From positions 1 through 27,169 of the forward strand of contig JBEGUP010000001.1 in NCBI GenBank assembly GCA_041178825.1: 27,169 nt of DNA, given 5' to 3'. The position numbers were made by a program, and so were the translations under genes. The DNA comes from Pseudomonadota bacterium (GTDB lineage: Bacteria; Pseudomonadota; Gammaproteobacteria; Burkholderiales; Burkholderiaceae_C). A model generated the notes under the pieces. That model had not been told where the DNA came from. It did not search any database and saw only the letters and a program-made list of their open reading frames with translations. Numbering within the stretch: the stretch's first letter is position 1; each line of letters opens with the position of its first letter. Shown piece after piece: positions 1-8,163 of the stretch.

Positions 1-327
1 ACCATAAATATGATCAGCATGGTAGTGCGTAACTATCACTGCTTTAATTTTTTTTTGGCTGACTTTGCCGATTGCAGTGATCAACGATTCAGCCAACGCA
101 GGCGATCCTAAAGCGTCAACCACCACAATACCATCTGGACCAACAATAAAGGCAGCATTAGAAATGAAATTTTTGTTCTCAACACTGCCAAGTGCTGTCA
201 CGCCTTCAACATACCAAACAGACGAACTGATTTGTTTAGGTATCAGCGTTATTTTTTTCGATTCTTGTGAATAAGCAGATATACAAAAAATACAACTTAT
301 TGTTAACAAAAAACGAAAGAAATTCAT
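1..327 (-). CDS. MBL-fold metallo-hydrolase, SoxH-like, exported (partial; 3' end runs off the window)
   Basis: Not in the ORF track; hand translation from ATG at 327 gives MNFFRFLLTISCIFCISAYSQ...NFISNAAFIVGPDGIVVVDALGSP...VIVTHYHADHIYG. It has a signal-peptide-like N-terminus and the HxHxDH metallo-beta-lactamase motif, and lies downstream of soxB/dsrE. Confidence 0.85.
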   Translation of the reverse strand, partial: MNFFRFLLTISCIFCISAYSQESKKITLIPKQISSSVWYVEGVTALGSVENKNFISNAAFIVGPDGIVVVDALGSPALAESLITAIGKVSQKKIKAVIVTHYHADHIYG

Positions 328-382
328 AGGGTTCGGCATTGACCATTAAGCATCAAAGCCATGTTTTAAACTAATGTAAAAA

Positions 383-811
383 TCAGGGTTTGATATATGC
401 AAACTTCTCGCGCGACTGCAGTTGTCCAATTCTAGCAACGCCAGAAGGCGTGAATTCAGCATCCAAAATAAACTGATTTTTTGTCAGATTTCTGTTTTTA
501 AGCGTGATCTCACAAACTTCGAATTTCACACCACGCGCTTTTAAAGCACTAACCAAAGAAGCGTAGTCTATATTTGGGTTGGCTTTGTCTTTAGCGCCCT
601 CCATCAAAAAATCAACGCCATTTGCATGCGTAACTACAGTGATTTTCGTTTCAGGAGCTACATCTAGATGGTTGCGAACATTCCGCAGCCCTTTTGTAGC
701 TTGAGACTCTGTGTTATCAATGTGATAGACCACTTTGTCTTGCGCATAAGCAAAATTTAGACTCAGCAGAAGTGTGACACCTATTGTCCAAGTTATGAGT
801 TTTAACTTCAT
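383..811 (-). CDS. DsrE/DsrF-family protein with Sec signal peptide
   Basis: KVVYHID, VVTHANGVDFL, GVKFEVCEITL (single Cys) and SGVARIGQLQ...YIKP are typical DsrE-like segments. Signal peptide ends AYA-Q; AGGAG SD precedes the start. Confidence 0.85.
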   Translation of the reverse strand: MKLKLITWTIGVTLLLSLNFAYAQDKVVYHIDNTESQATKGLRNVRNHLDVAPETKITVVTHANGVDFLMEGAKDKANPNIDYASLVSALKARGVKFEVCEITLKNRNLTKNQFILDAEFTPSGVARIGQLQSREKFAYIKP

Positions 812-830
812 TCTTAGCTCCTAATGCAAA

Positions 831-2549
831 TTACAAAACGACGCCCGGATTGCAGTCTAACCCAAGTAGTTTCGGGTTATACAGTTTGACAGGTGCAATA
901 GTCTTTTTATCTTTTAGATAAGTTTCAACAACTTCCCAAGCTGGTGGCCCTGCATTTTTACTAGCTTCTTGCACAGGCGCCCAACCTGCAACTTTGTATA
1001 TTTTGCCGGCATCCATCAACTGACCACCAAATCGCATGTCGCTGATGCGTGAGCCAGCTTTACCAGTTGGATTGCATGTGTAAGTCATACCCCCAGTACG
1101 CACCATATCACCGCCTTGTTGGTAATACGGATCGGGGTTAAATAGATTGTCGCAAACATCTTCCAAGATAGTTTTAATAGCTTCACCACTCAAATCAGAC
1201 ACTGTCGTCCATGGGTAGGTGATCGCTGTTTGATCCATTACATGCTCACGCGTGATGGCTTGACCTGATAATAATGATGTTCCCCAACGGAAGCCAGGCG
1301 AGAAAGCAATTTGAGCACCACGTACGTTGATCAAGGCGTCGGTAATCAACTGGTCAAACGTGCCATTGAAGTTGCCACGCCGGTACAACACGCCTTCAGT
1401 TACTGCTAGCTTTTCAGTCAATTTCGAAAGATACGGGGCTCTAACCTTCTCAATCAATGTCGACATCTCTTTGTCTGCTGGCAAAAAATTAGCAAAAATG
1501 GGGAGGAGCTTGTAATTGATGTTGACAACTTTTTTGTCACGAACATCTAAGTCAAGCACACCTAAAAATTTGCCGTTACTGCCAGCATTGGTCACTAACG
1601 TTTGACCACCAGCATTTTTGACCATGGTTGGTACAGGCACGCCATCATGCGTATGACCGCCTAAGATGACATCAATACCGGTTACACGTGACGCCATTTT
1701 CAAGTCAACATCCATACCGTTGTGCGATAACAAAACTACTGCTTGCGCACCTTTAGCACGGGCTTCGGTGACGTATTTTTGCATCTGCTCATCTTGAATG
1801 CCAAATGTCCAATTGGGAACTTGCCAACTGGGGTTTGCAATCGGGGTGTAAGGAAAAGCTTGACCAACGATAGCAACCGTTACACCATTCATTTCTTTGA
1901 GCACATACGGCTTAAAGACTGGGTCTTCAAAGTCGCGGGTTTTGACGTTTTGCGCAACAAAATCAATCTTGCCGGCAAAATCTTTTTCGATGATTTCCAT
2001 CATCCGCTTTTCGCCGTAGGTGAACTCCCAATGCGCTGTCATGACATTGACGCCCAACAACTTGCAAGCATCAACCATGTCTTGCGCATTCGTCCACAAG
2101 CTTGTTGCACTGCCCTGCCAAGTGTCGCCACCGTCAAGCAGCAAAGCACCCGGTCGGCTGCCACGCAACTGCTTAACTAAAGTAGATAAGTGGGCAAAGC
2201 CTCCCACTTTGCCGTAGTGTCTGGCAGCGCGCTCGAAATCCAGATAGGTGTGCGCATGCGCATTAGCACTCCCCGCCTTCAACCCCGCATATTTCAGCAA
2301 ATGCTCTCCAACCAAATGCGGCACATTGCCAGTCATCCCCGCAATCCCAATATTGACATTGGGTTCACGAAAATAAATAGGCAACAACTGTGCATGACAA
2401 TCTGTCATGTGCAATAAATGAACATTACCTGTTTTGGGAACGTTGTAAAGCTGATCTGCCTCTTTCGCGCTGGCCTCACGCCCTAGAGGAAAACCAGCGA
2501 CAACGGCTGCTGTTAAAACGGATGTAAATTCACGGCGCGATAGATTCAT
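831..2549 (-). CDS. soxB: Thiosulfohydrolase SoxB
   Basis: Tat motif SRREF; 5'-nucleotidase-family motifs HMTDCHAQL, LLDGGDTWQG, MTAHWEF, LSHNG, ILGGHTH and YRRGNFNGT; sox context. Confidence 0.97.
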   Translation of the reverse strand: MNLSRREFTSVLTAAVVAGFPLGREASAKEADQLYNVPKTGNVHLLHMTDCHAQLLPIYFREPNVNIGIAGMTGNVPHLVGEHLLKYAGLKAGSANAHAHTYLDFERAARHYGKVGGFAHLSTLVKQLRGSRPGALLLDGGDTWQGSATSLWTNAQDMVDACKLLGVNVMTAHWEFTYGEKRMMEIIEKDFAGKIDFVAQNVKTRDFEDPVFKPYVLKEMNGVTVAIVGQAFPYTPIANPSWQVPNWTFGIQDEQMQKYVTEARAKGAQAVVLLSHNGMDVDLKMASRVTGIDVILGGHTHDGVPVPTMVKNAGGQTLVTNAGSNGKFLGVLDLDVRDKKVVNINYKLLPIFANFLPADKEMSTLIEKVRAPYLSKLTEKLAVTEGVLYRRGNFNGTFDQLITDALINVRGAQIAFSPGFRWGTSLLSGQAITREHVMDQTAITYPWTTVSDLSGEAIKTILEDVCDNLFNPDPYYQQGGDMVRTGGMTYTCNPTGKAGSRISDMRFGGQLMDAGKIYKVAGWAPVQEASKNAGPPAWEVVETYLKDKKTIAPVKLYNPKLLGLDCNPGVVL

Positions 2550-2585
2550 GGTGCGATCAAAAATGAGACGTTGAGCAATTTAAAC

Positions 2586-3281
2586 TTACTTATTCACAGG
2601 AGACTGGGGATCCAACAAAAGCGCCATCACATGTTTAACTTGTTGTTCGGTCAAAATGCCAGCATCACCAAACCTAGGCATATTGCTACACAAGTTTACG
2701 GAATGTGTATTCCAAATCCGTGCCCATGTGTATTTGACGATAGCTTCTGAATCTTTAGAAGCAGCATCTTTAACGCCACGAATCGTGCCGTATTTCAACA
2801 GCGACGGTCCTTGATTTCCGAAACTAATTTCAGTGGGCGTCAACTGGTGACATGCATAGCAATTTGCACCATTGGGAGCACCTGCGACATCGCTGAATTG
2901 CAATCCACGTCCGTTTTGGGCAATTTTTTCACCTTCTTTCCAATCGCCGATATATTTCCCATCTTCAGGATACGGGATAGCAGCGTAAATGGCTTGCTCC
3001 ATCTTCTCACGTGTAGCTTTTGGCACTTCTACACCACTTGAAAGCGATTCAGAACAGACTTTTTGAATCTCTGTTTGATCAAGCCGATCAAGCTTAGCTA
3101 GACCCCGCTCAGCAAAGCTTGCTTTGATGGAGGCAAGCACTTCTGCGGCACTTGGCTTTTGCATTGTGGTTGATGCACAACTTGCAAGCAAAGCAATACC
3201 TGTCATTAAAGTAGATAATTTTGCTATTCTTTTAATAGCTGAATAGGCAACAAATACGCTCGTTACACGTTTATTTTTCAT
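2586..3281 (-). CDS. soxX: SoxX monoheme cytochrome c, probable lipoprotein
   Basis: CYACH heme motif, GNQGPSL, SNMPRFG, lipobox LLASC; lies between soxA and soxB. Confidence 0.95.
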   Translation of the reverse strand: MKNKRVTSVFVAYSAIKRIAKLSTLMTGIALLASCASTTMQKPSAAEVLASIKASFAERGLAKLDRLDQTEIQKVCSESLSSGVEVPKATREKMEQAIYAAIPYPEDGKYIGDWKEGEKIAQNGRGLQFSDVAGAPNGANCYACHQLTPTEISFGNQGPSLLKYGTIRGVKDAASKDSEAIVKYTWARIWNTHSVNLCSNMPRFGDAGILTEQQVKHVMALLLDPQSPVNK

Positions 3282-3284
3282 AAA
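3222..3284 (+). repeat. ~63-bp interspersed palindromic element, copy D (encodes the SoxX N-terminus)
   Basis: tgcTATTCTTTTAATAGCtgaatAGGCAACAAATACGCtcgtt; 32/40 ungapped identity (3225-3264) to the copy at 10011-10050. Confidence 0.85.
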
Positions 3285-3310
3285 TGTTCTCAGTATTACG
3301 GGGTTTGAAA

Positions 3311-4150
3311 TTATCTTTTTAGAGCAGGTGCTGCCATTTTTCCACCATTGGCGTTGACCCCCATGAAGGTAATCAAGTCAACCGAAGTTTGGCTCAAATA
3401 CTGGAGTTCAGGAAAACGCTGCTGCCTAAAACAATCGTATAAACGCCATTGCATAGTTCGCACTGCACCTTGGCTTACACGATACGCAGGCCATTGGCTA
3501 AAGGCTGCCTGTGCAGGACCGGGTTTGGTTAAGTTAGGCAAATCTTGTAATCGAATACGCTTACCATCTTCGCTGTGGCAACTAGCGCAGCTAAAGTCAA
3601 ACGGCCCGCCTTTAAAGTAAAACGCTTCCTTGCCTCGCGCGTAAGATGTTTTTTCTGCAATGTGGTTTTGCGGAACATTGATAACCATATCGCGTGATTC
3701 GTCATAGATATACGCGACCAAATCTTCAACAATAGAGGCTTTTTGACCCTCTCTACTGTAAACAGTGCCAGCGCTAAAATCTTTCTTATTTGCACCTTGC
3801 AATGTCACCATACAATGCACCAAGCGACTTTCTAAGTCCATAGTTTGATTAGTATCTGCAAAATACTTTGGCAAAGTGGTCACTGCTCCTTTGACTTTAC
3901 CTGCACCCAAACCTAAATCACATGCTTCCAAGCTTGCATTTTTCGGTCCTCGCTTGGTCTTCCAAAGAACTTCTCCTCTAGCAGCGTTCAGATCAGCCGG
4001 ATTGCCATCTTGCAAACTAGCGCGGTAATCATCAATCGCATCTTTAGCTGATTTTTGCTGTGCATTCGCGACATTACAAACAGCTGTTGCCATGATTAAG
4101 CTGACTACGGCAAGCGGTTTCAGATCTAAAAATCTTTTTTCAAAACTCAT
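3311..4150 (-). CDS. soxA: SoxA (monoheme type)
   Basis: Single CASCH motif, active-site RLYDCFRQ, SLEACD/RLVHCM cysteines, WPAYR. Start set at 4150 because GGAGA SD precedes it; the ORF track starts at 4162. Confidence 0.95.
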   Translation of the reverse strand: MSFEKRFLDLKPLAVVSLIMATAVCNVANAQQKSAKDAIDDYRASLQDGNPADLNAARGEVLWKTKRGPKNASLEACDLGLGAGKVKGAVTTLPKYFADTNQTMDLESRLVHCMVTLQGANKKDFSAGTVYSREGQKASIVEDLVAYIYDESRDMVINVPQNHIAEKTSYARGKEAFYFKGGPFDFSCASCHSEDGKRIRLQDLPNLTKPGPAQAAFSQWPAYRVSQGAVRTMQWRLYDCFRQQRFPELQYLSQTSVDLITFMGVNANGGKMAAPALKR

Positions 4151-4212
4151 TATTGTCTCCATTCGAATTGAATATTTTGTTTGTAGTTTTCCAACCTACG
4201 CACGAATACAAA

Positions 4213-4244
4213 AGCCAGTAATCTACACAAGTAGTTTACTGGCT
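4213..4244. other. Stem-loop in the soxZ-soxA intergenic region (no U-tract; probable mRNA-stabilising or attenuating hairpin)
   Basis: AGCCAGTAATCTAC-ACAA-GTAGTTTACTGGCT, 13/14 paired. Confidence 0.6.
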
Positions 4245-4270
4245 GCGTATTTAAATTTCACATTTCAAAC

Positions 4271-4582
4271 TCAGGAAATGGTCGCTTCGTCAGTTCGTTT
4301 GTCGCCAGTGTTATCAACCCAAGAAATCGCAATTTTTTCACCTGCTTTACCGCCTGTAAAAGTGAATTGAATAAACGGATTTTTAGAAACTGCAGGACCC
4401 CATTGGGCACTCATAACAGTTTTACCGTTATGCACAGCACTGATGGTTTGAATAAACAATGCTGGCACGACTTTACCAGCAGCATCTTTACGCAAACCTG
4501 TTTCCATTTCATGGCTAACTAAAACACGTACAGTCACTTTATCGCCAGTTGCAGCGGCACGAATGCGCATTGGATCACTCAT
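4271..4582 (-). CDS. soxZ: Sulfur carrier SoxZ
   Basis: HEMETGLRKD, ALFIQ, WGPAVSKNP, WVDNTG; directly downstream of soxY. Confidence 0.96.
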   Translation of the reverse strand: MSDPMRIRAAATGDKVTVRVLVSHEMETGLRKDAAGKVVPALFIQTISAVHNGKTVMSAQWGPAVSKNPFIQFTFTGGKAGEKIAISWVDNTGDKRTDEATIS

Positions 4583-4639
4583 CTTGAACTCCTAAATTTC
4601 TAATAGCCGAATACTTATTGACTTAATGCTTAATGCGAA

Positions 4640-5107
4640 TTATCCGCCACAGCCACCAAGAGTGACTTTGACTTCTTTAACTGCGTAGATAAATTTATCA
4701 CCCACTTTTGCAAGCGCATAAACGTTTGTTGACTGGCCCATCTTGACGTTGGTAGACATGTTTGCGTCTGTACCTGCAATGACATCAAAACCAGCAGTCA
4801 ATGCGGCGGGGTTCTTCTCAACGATCAAACCAAGCCAAGTTGTACCTGCAGCTGCACTTTGTGCGCCCAAGCGCACTACGTTACCGTTTTCCGCAATTTC
4901 TGGTGCGCTCAAAGTCACATCTTTACTCTCAGTAGCTGCGCTTGTGCCTCCCAACGCTTTCACCACATCAGCCAAATTTTTGGCTTCAAAAGCTGCTTTA
5001 TTCCAAGCTGTTTGCGCGGAGGCTATAGCAGGGAATAAACCTACACTTGCTGCTAATCCCAATGCAGCAGCACCAGATGTGCTTTGTACAAATTCACGAC
5101 GTTTCAT
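4640..5107 (-). CDS. soxY: Sulfur carrier SoxY
   Basis: Tat motif KRREF, APEIAENG, C-terminal VKVTLGGCGG swinging arm. Confidence 0.98.
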   Translation of the reverse strand: MKRREFVQSTSGAAALGLAASVGLFPAIASAQTAWNKAAFEAKNLADVVKALGGTSAATESKDVTLSAPEIAENGNVVRLGAQSAAAGTTWLGLIVEKNPAALTAGFDVIAGTDANMSTNVKMGQSTNVYALAKVGDKFIYAVKEVKVTLGGCGG

Positions 5108-5206
5108 AATTTACTCCTGATTTGAAATCTTCAAAAAACTTTTTACAACTCGCTAGACTTACCTGCATAAATTAACACATTTTTAGCTTCTACGTTGATA
5201 CCGATA

Positions 5207-6319
5207 TTACTTAACAGCACCTTGTGATATCCACAAAGCCACTTTTTTAGCATCCGCATCACTCAAACTTTGTGCGGGCATTGGCATTGAACCGTAAACA
5301 CCTGAACCACCGCTTTTAATTTTGCCCGTTAAATATGCTACAGCATCGGGCTTATTGCCTTGCTTAGCAACGATCTCCTTGAAGGAGGGGCCCACAATTT
5401 TGTTGTCAATGCCGTGGCAAGCAGAACATGCATTTTTACTCAAAATTCCAGAAACATCCGCGCTCTTAAGTGAGCCAGTTGCTTCTGAGGATTTTTCTGC
5501 GGTCTTAGTCACTGGTGCAGGTGTAGCCACCGCCTTTTTAACCTCCGCGCTCGAGTTTGCCGCTGGCTTGGTTGTATCAGCGCCCACTGAGGGTCCGAAA
5601 CCGCGCGTTTGCTCAGCCAAATTACCGTGCGCATTGCGTGCGTGCTCTGGTAACAAGCTAGCCACTTTGGCATCTGTTACACAATTAGCCATGCAACTAG
5701 AACCTTGTGTATCAGGTTTAGCGATGCCACCAAACTCTTTGCCTGGCCACATGGCATGCTTGGTCATCATGCCGTTGCGGTTAGGCAATTTGTTTTGTGT
5801 TTCTGCCATATTTTTATCACTCAAAGTGAAGTTATTTGGCACCACATTGGCGATGTTTAGCAAGTACGCGGTTACAGCATAAACCTCATCTGGCTTTAAC
5901 GATTTAGGCGCCGTCCATGGCATCGCACGGTTGATGTAGTCCCACAGCGTAGACAGTTGCGATACTTTCATCATCGTCGTACGCGTTGGCGTTGCTGCCT
6001 CTGGCATCAAACTAGCTACGCGGCCAGTTTCAACGTCTTTTTTGATGGTGTAACCAACCAAGGCGCTGAAAACTGTGTTGTTTTCACCAAAACTGCCATG
6101 ACAAGACGAGCATTGCGCCTCCCAAACTTTTTCTCCCATTGCCACACTACCTGCACCCTTAGGTAAACCTTTGAAGTCAGGGCGAACGTCAATATCCCAA
6201 GCGGCCACTTCATTAGCTGTAGCTGTACGACCAATGCCCTCAATTTTGCTACCTTGAGCAAAAACAGATAGTGAAGATAACGCTAGGACAGCGGCAGTAA
6301 ATTTACGATAACTGAACAT
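5207..6319 (-). CDS. soxD: SoxD cytochrome c subunit (two heme motifs)
   Basis: WDIDVRPD, CSSCH, WDYINRAMP, second domain CSACH..VGPSF; start overlaps the soxC end by 17 nt. Confidence 0.95.
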   Translation of the reverse strand: MFSYRKFTAAVLALSSLSVFAQGSKIEGIGRTATANEVAAWDIDVRPDFKGLPKGAGSVAMGEKVWEAQCSSCHGSFGENNTVFSALVGYTIKKDVETGRVASLMPEAATPTRTTMMKVSQLSTLWDYINRAMPWTAPKSLKPDEVYAVTAYLLNIANVVPNNFTLSDKNMAETQNKLPNRNGMMTKHAMWPGKEFGGIAKPDTQGSSCMANCVTDAKVASLLPEHARNAHGNLAEQTRGFGPSVGADTTKPAANSSAEVKKAVATPAPVTKTAEKSSEATGSLKSADVSGILSKNACSACHGIDNKIVGPSFKEIVAKQGNKPDAVAYLTGKIKSGGSGVYGSMPMPAQSLSDADAKKVALWISQGAVK

Positions 6320-7634
6320 TTTTCACCTCGCCAGATTCCTGCAACAACCAAGTTTGAATAGAGTTATTGTGATAAATGCTCCGCGTTCCTCGTACTTTTC
6401 TGTTTTCAGCGTATGTTGGCTGCACATGACCTGTTTCATCGGTAGCGCGGCTCATTAGCAATGCTGGCTTGCCGTCCCATGACCAATCCATGTTGAAGCG
6501 CGTCAGACACTTGGACATGACTTGACCCTCTAGTCGAGCTGCTTTCCAATTACGCCCACCATCGACCGATATGTCGACTTTTTTAATCTTTCCGCGACCG
6601 CTCCAAGCAAGTCCAGTTACATTCAAAAAGCCCTTATCGAGCAACACTTGACCTCCACTTGGCGTGGTAATCACAGATTTCACTTCTTGCGTGCTGCTGT
6701 ACTGGCGATGCATGCCACTAGGTAATAAGTCAATGTAGTGAATGGTTTCGTCTTTTGTGCCGTAGGCTTCGTCACCCAACTCGATGCGACGTAAGTACTT
6801 CACCCAGCTCACACCCTGGACACCGGGGACCACCAAGCGCAATGGATAGCCATTTTCTGGACGCAGCATTTCGCCATTCATACCGTAGGCGACCAGCACT
6901 TCATCATTCATGATGAGGCTCATGGGAATCGTACGCGTCATGCTAGACCCGTCGGCACCTTCTGCCAAAACAAACTTACCGCGTTTGAAATCTGCACCGC
7001 ACATTTCAAGCAACAGGCGCAGAGGCACACCCGTAAATTCACTGCAGCTGACCATGCCGTGCGTGTACTGCACCGTCGGTACAGCGGCGTTGCCCCACTC
7101 CATACCCGTATTCGCACCACATTCAATAAAGTGAAAACGACTAACAGATGGCAAACGCATCAAATCATCCATGGTGAAGACCATTGGCTTTTTGAGCATC
7201 TTTTCATCGCTACCATTCACCATCAAACGGTGTTTATCCGGCTCAATATCCCACCAGCCTTGGTGGTGGCGCTCAAAATGCAAACCACTGGGCGTCACAA
7301 TACCAAACAAACCTTGCAAAGGCGCAAAACTAACGCCAGAAGCGCTCACCGCCGTTAAGCCAGGGCTTTCACGGCGCTGTAAGTTTTTTTCGTAAATACT
7401 CGGCACACCATAACCACGAGCTGCAACGCCCTGCCCCAAACCCTTGGTGTGAGCAGGTAGGTTAACGATGTTTGGATCGTCTTTTGAAGACTGCGCACGC
7501 GCAGCAGTTGCACCGGCCATAGCTGCGGCAAACGCACCAGCCATGAAACCTCGTCTACCCGCATAAACCGATTTGATTTGCTCACTACCGAGAAAGCCCT
7601 CGGGAGCGGCTTGAATGAAGCGATTGTTTCTCAT
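6303..7634 (-). CDS. soxC: SoxC molybdopterin sulfane dehydrogenase
   Basis: Tat-like RRGF, TPSGLHFERHH, FIECGAN (Mo-ligating Cys), LRPENGYPLRLVVPG, GLAWSGRG. Confidence 0.97.
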   Translation of the reverse strand: MRNNRFIQAAPEGFLGSEQIKSVYAGRRGFMAGAFAAAMAGATAARAQSSKDDPNIVNLPAHTKGLGQGVAARGYGVPSIYEKNLQRRESPGLTAVSASGVSFAPLQGLFGIVTPSGLHFERHHQGWWDIEPDKHRLMVNGSDEKMLKKPMVFTMDDLMRLPSVSRFHFIECGANTGMEWGNAAVPTVQYTHGMVSCSEFTGVPLRLLLEMCGADFKRGKFVLAEGADGSSMTRTIPMSLIMNDEVLVAYGMNGEMLRPENGYPLRLVVPGVQGVSWVKYLRRIELGDEAYGTKDETIHYIDLLPSGMHRQYSSTQEVKSVITTPSGGQVLLDKGFLNVTGLAWSGRGKIKKVDISVDGGRNWKAARLEGQVMSKCLTRFNMDWSWDGKPALLMSRATDETGHVQPTYAENRKVRGTRSIYHNNSIQTWLLQESGEVKNVQLS

Positions 7635-7647
7635 GGCTTGCTACTTA

Positions 7648-7974
7648 TTATTTAGCGCCAGCCAAAATCCACTTAGCGAGTTTTGTGGCATCTGCATCAG
7701 GTAACGCCGCTTGTGCAGGCATCGGGATTGGCCCGTATTTGCCAGAACCGCCGGCTTTGATGCTAGCTGCCAACTTGGCAACGTAGTCTTTTTCTTTTGC
7801 GTACTTCTCAGCAACAGCTTGATAAGCGGGACCTACCAACTTTTTATCCACTGCATGGCAGGCCATACAAGCATTCTTTTGTGCCAATGCTAAATCAGCA
7901 TGTGCTGGCATCGTAGAAGCGAAAACCGCGATTGAACTGACTACTAATTTCAAAATGACTGATTTGTATTGCAT
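7648..7974 (-). CDS. Class I cytochrome c (c551/c552-like), first gene of the sox operon
   Basis: Signal peptide ending AHA-D, CMACH, VGPAY, GPIPMP (Met ligand). Confidence 0.92.
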   Translation of the reverse strand: MQYKSVILKLVVSSIAVFASTMPAHADLALAQKNACMACHAVDKKLVGPAYQAVAEKYAKEKDYVAKLAASIKAGGSGKYGPIPMPAQAALPDADATKLAKWILAGAK

Positions 7975-7997
7975 GATAAATTTATATACTTAAGTTT

Positions 7998-8032
7998 ATA
8001 TATTAATATATTCTAATTGATATATAGAATAT
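7998..8032. promoter_or_regulatory. AT-rich palindromes upstream of the sox operon; candidate ArsR/SoxR-type operator
   Basis: Perfect 14-bp palindrome ATATATTAATATAT (7998-8011) overlapping ATATTCTA-N9-TAGAATAT (8008-8032). The region is so AT-rich that chance is possible. Confidence 0.35.
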
Positions 8033-8099
8033 GCATATATTAAATCGCGTATTTGCATACTGACAATCAGTATTTACCCTATTCTTGCAGGCTTGCAAC

Positions 8100-8132
8100 A
8101 AAAAAAGAGGCGTAGCAAAATGCTAACGCCTC
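8100..8132 (-). terminator. Rho-independent terminator of fccB
   Basis: Minus strand GAGGCGTTAGCA-TTT-TGCTACGCCTC followed by T7, about 30 nt after the fccB stop. Confidence 0.85.
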
Positions 8133-8163
8133 CTCTGTCAATGTCAAAAAACCGAATGACGAT

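Noticed and set aside
65-274. 69-aa + strand ORF
   Set aside because: Antisense shadow of the SoxH-like MBL gene (1-327, minus).
4065-4125. SoxA signal peptide resembling the repeat frame (LAVVSLIMATAVCNVAN)
   Set aside because: Needs a one-codon gap and lacks the palindrome; not distinguishable from signal-peptide composition bias.
4590-4640. Possible repeat remnant between soxY and soxZ (AATAGCCGAATA)
   Set aside because: Only about 15 of the first 20 nt match and the core is absent.
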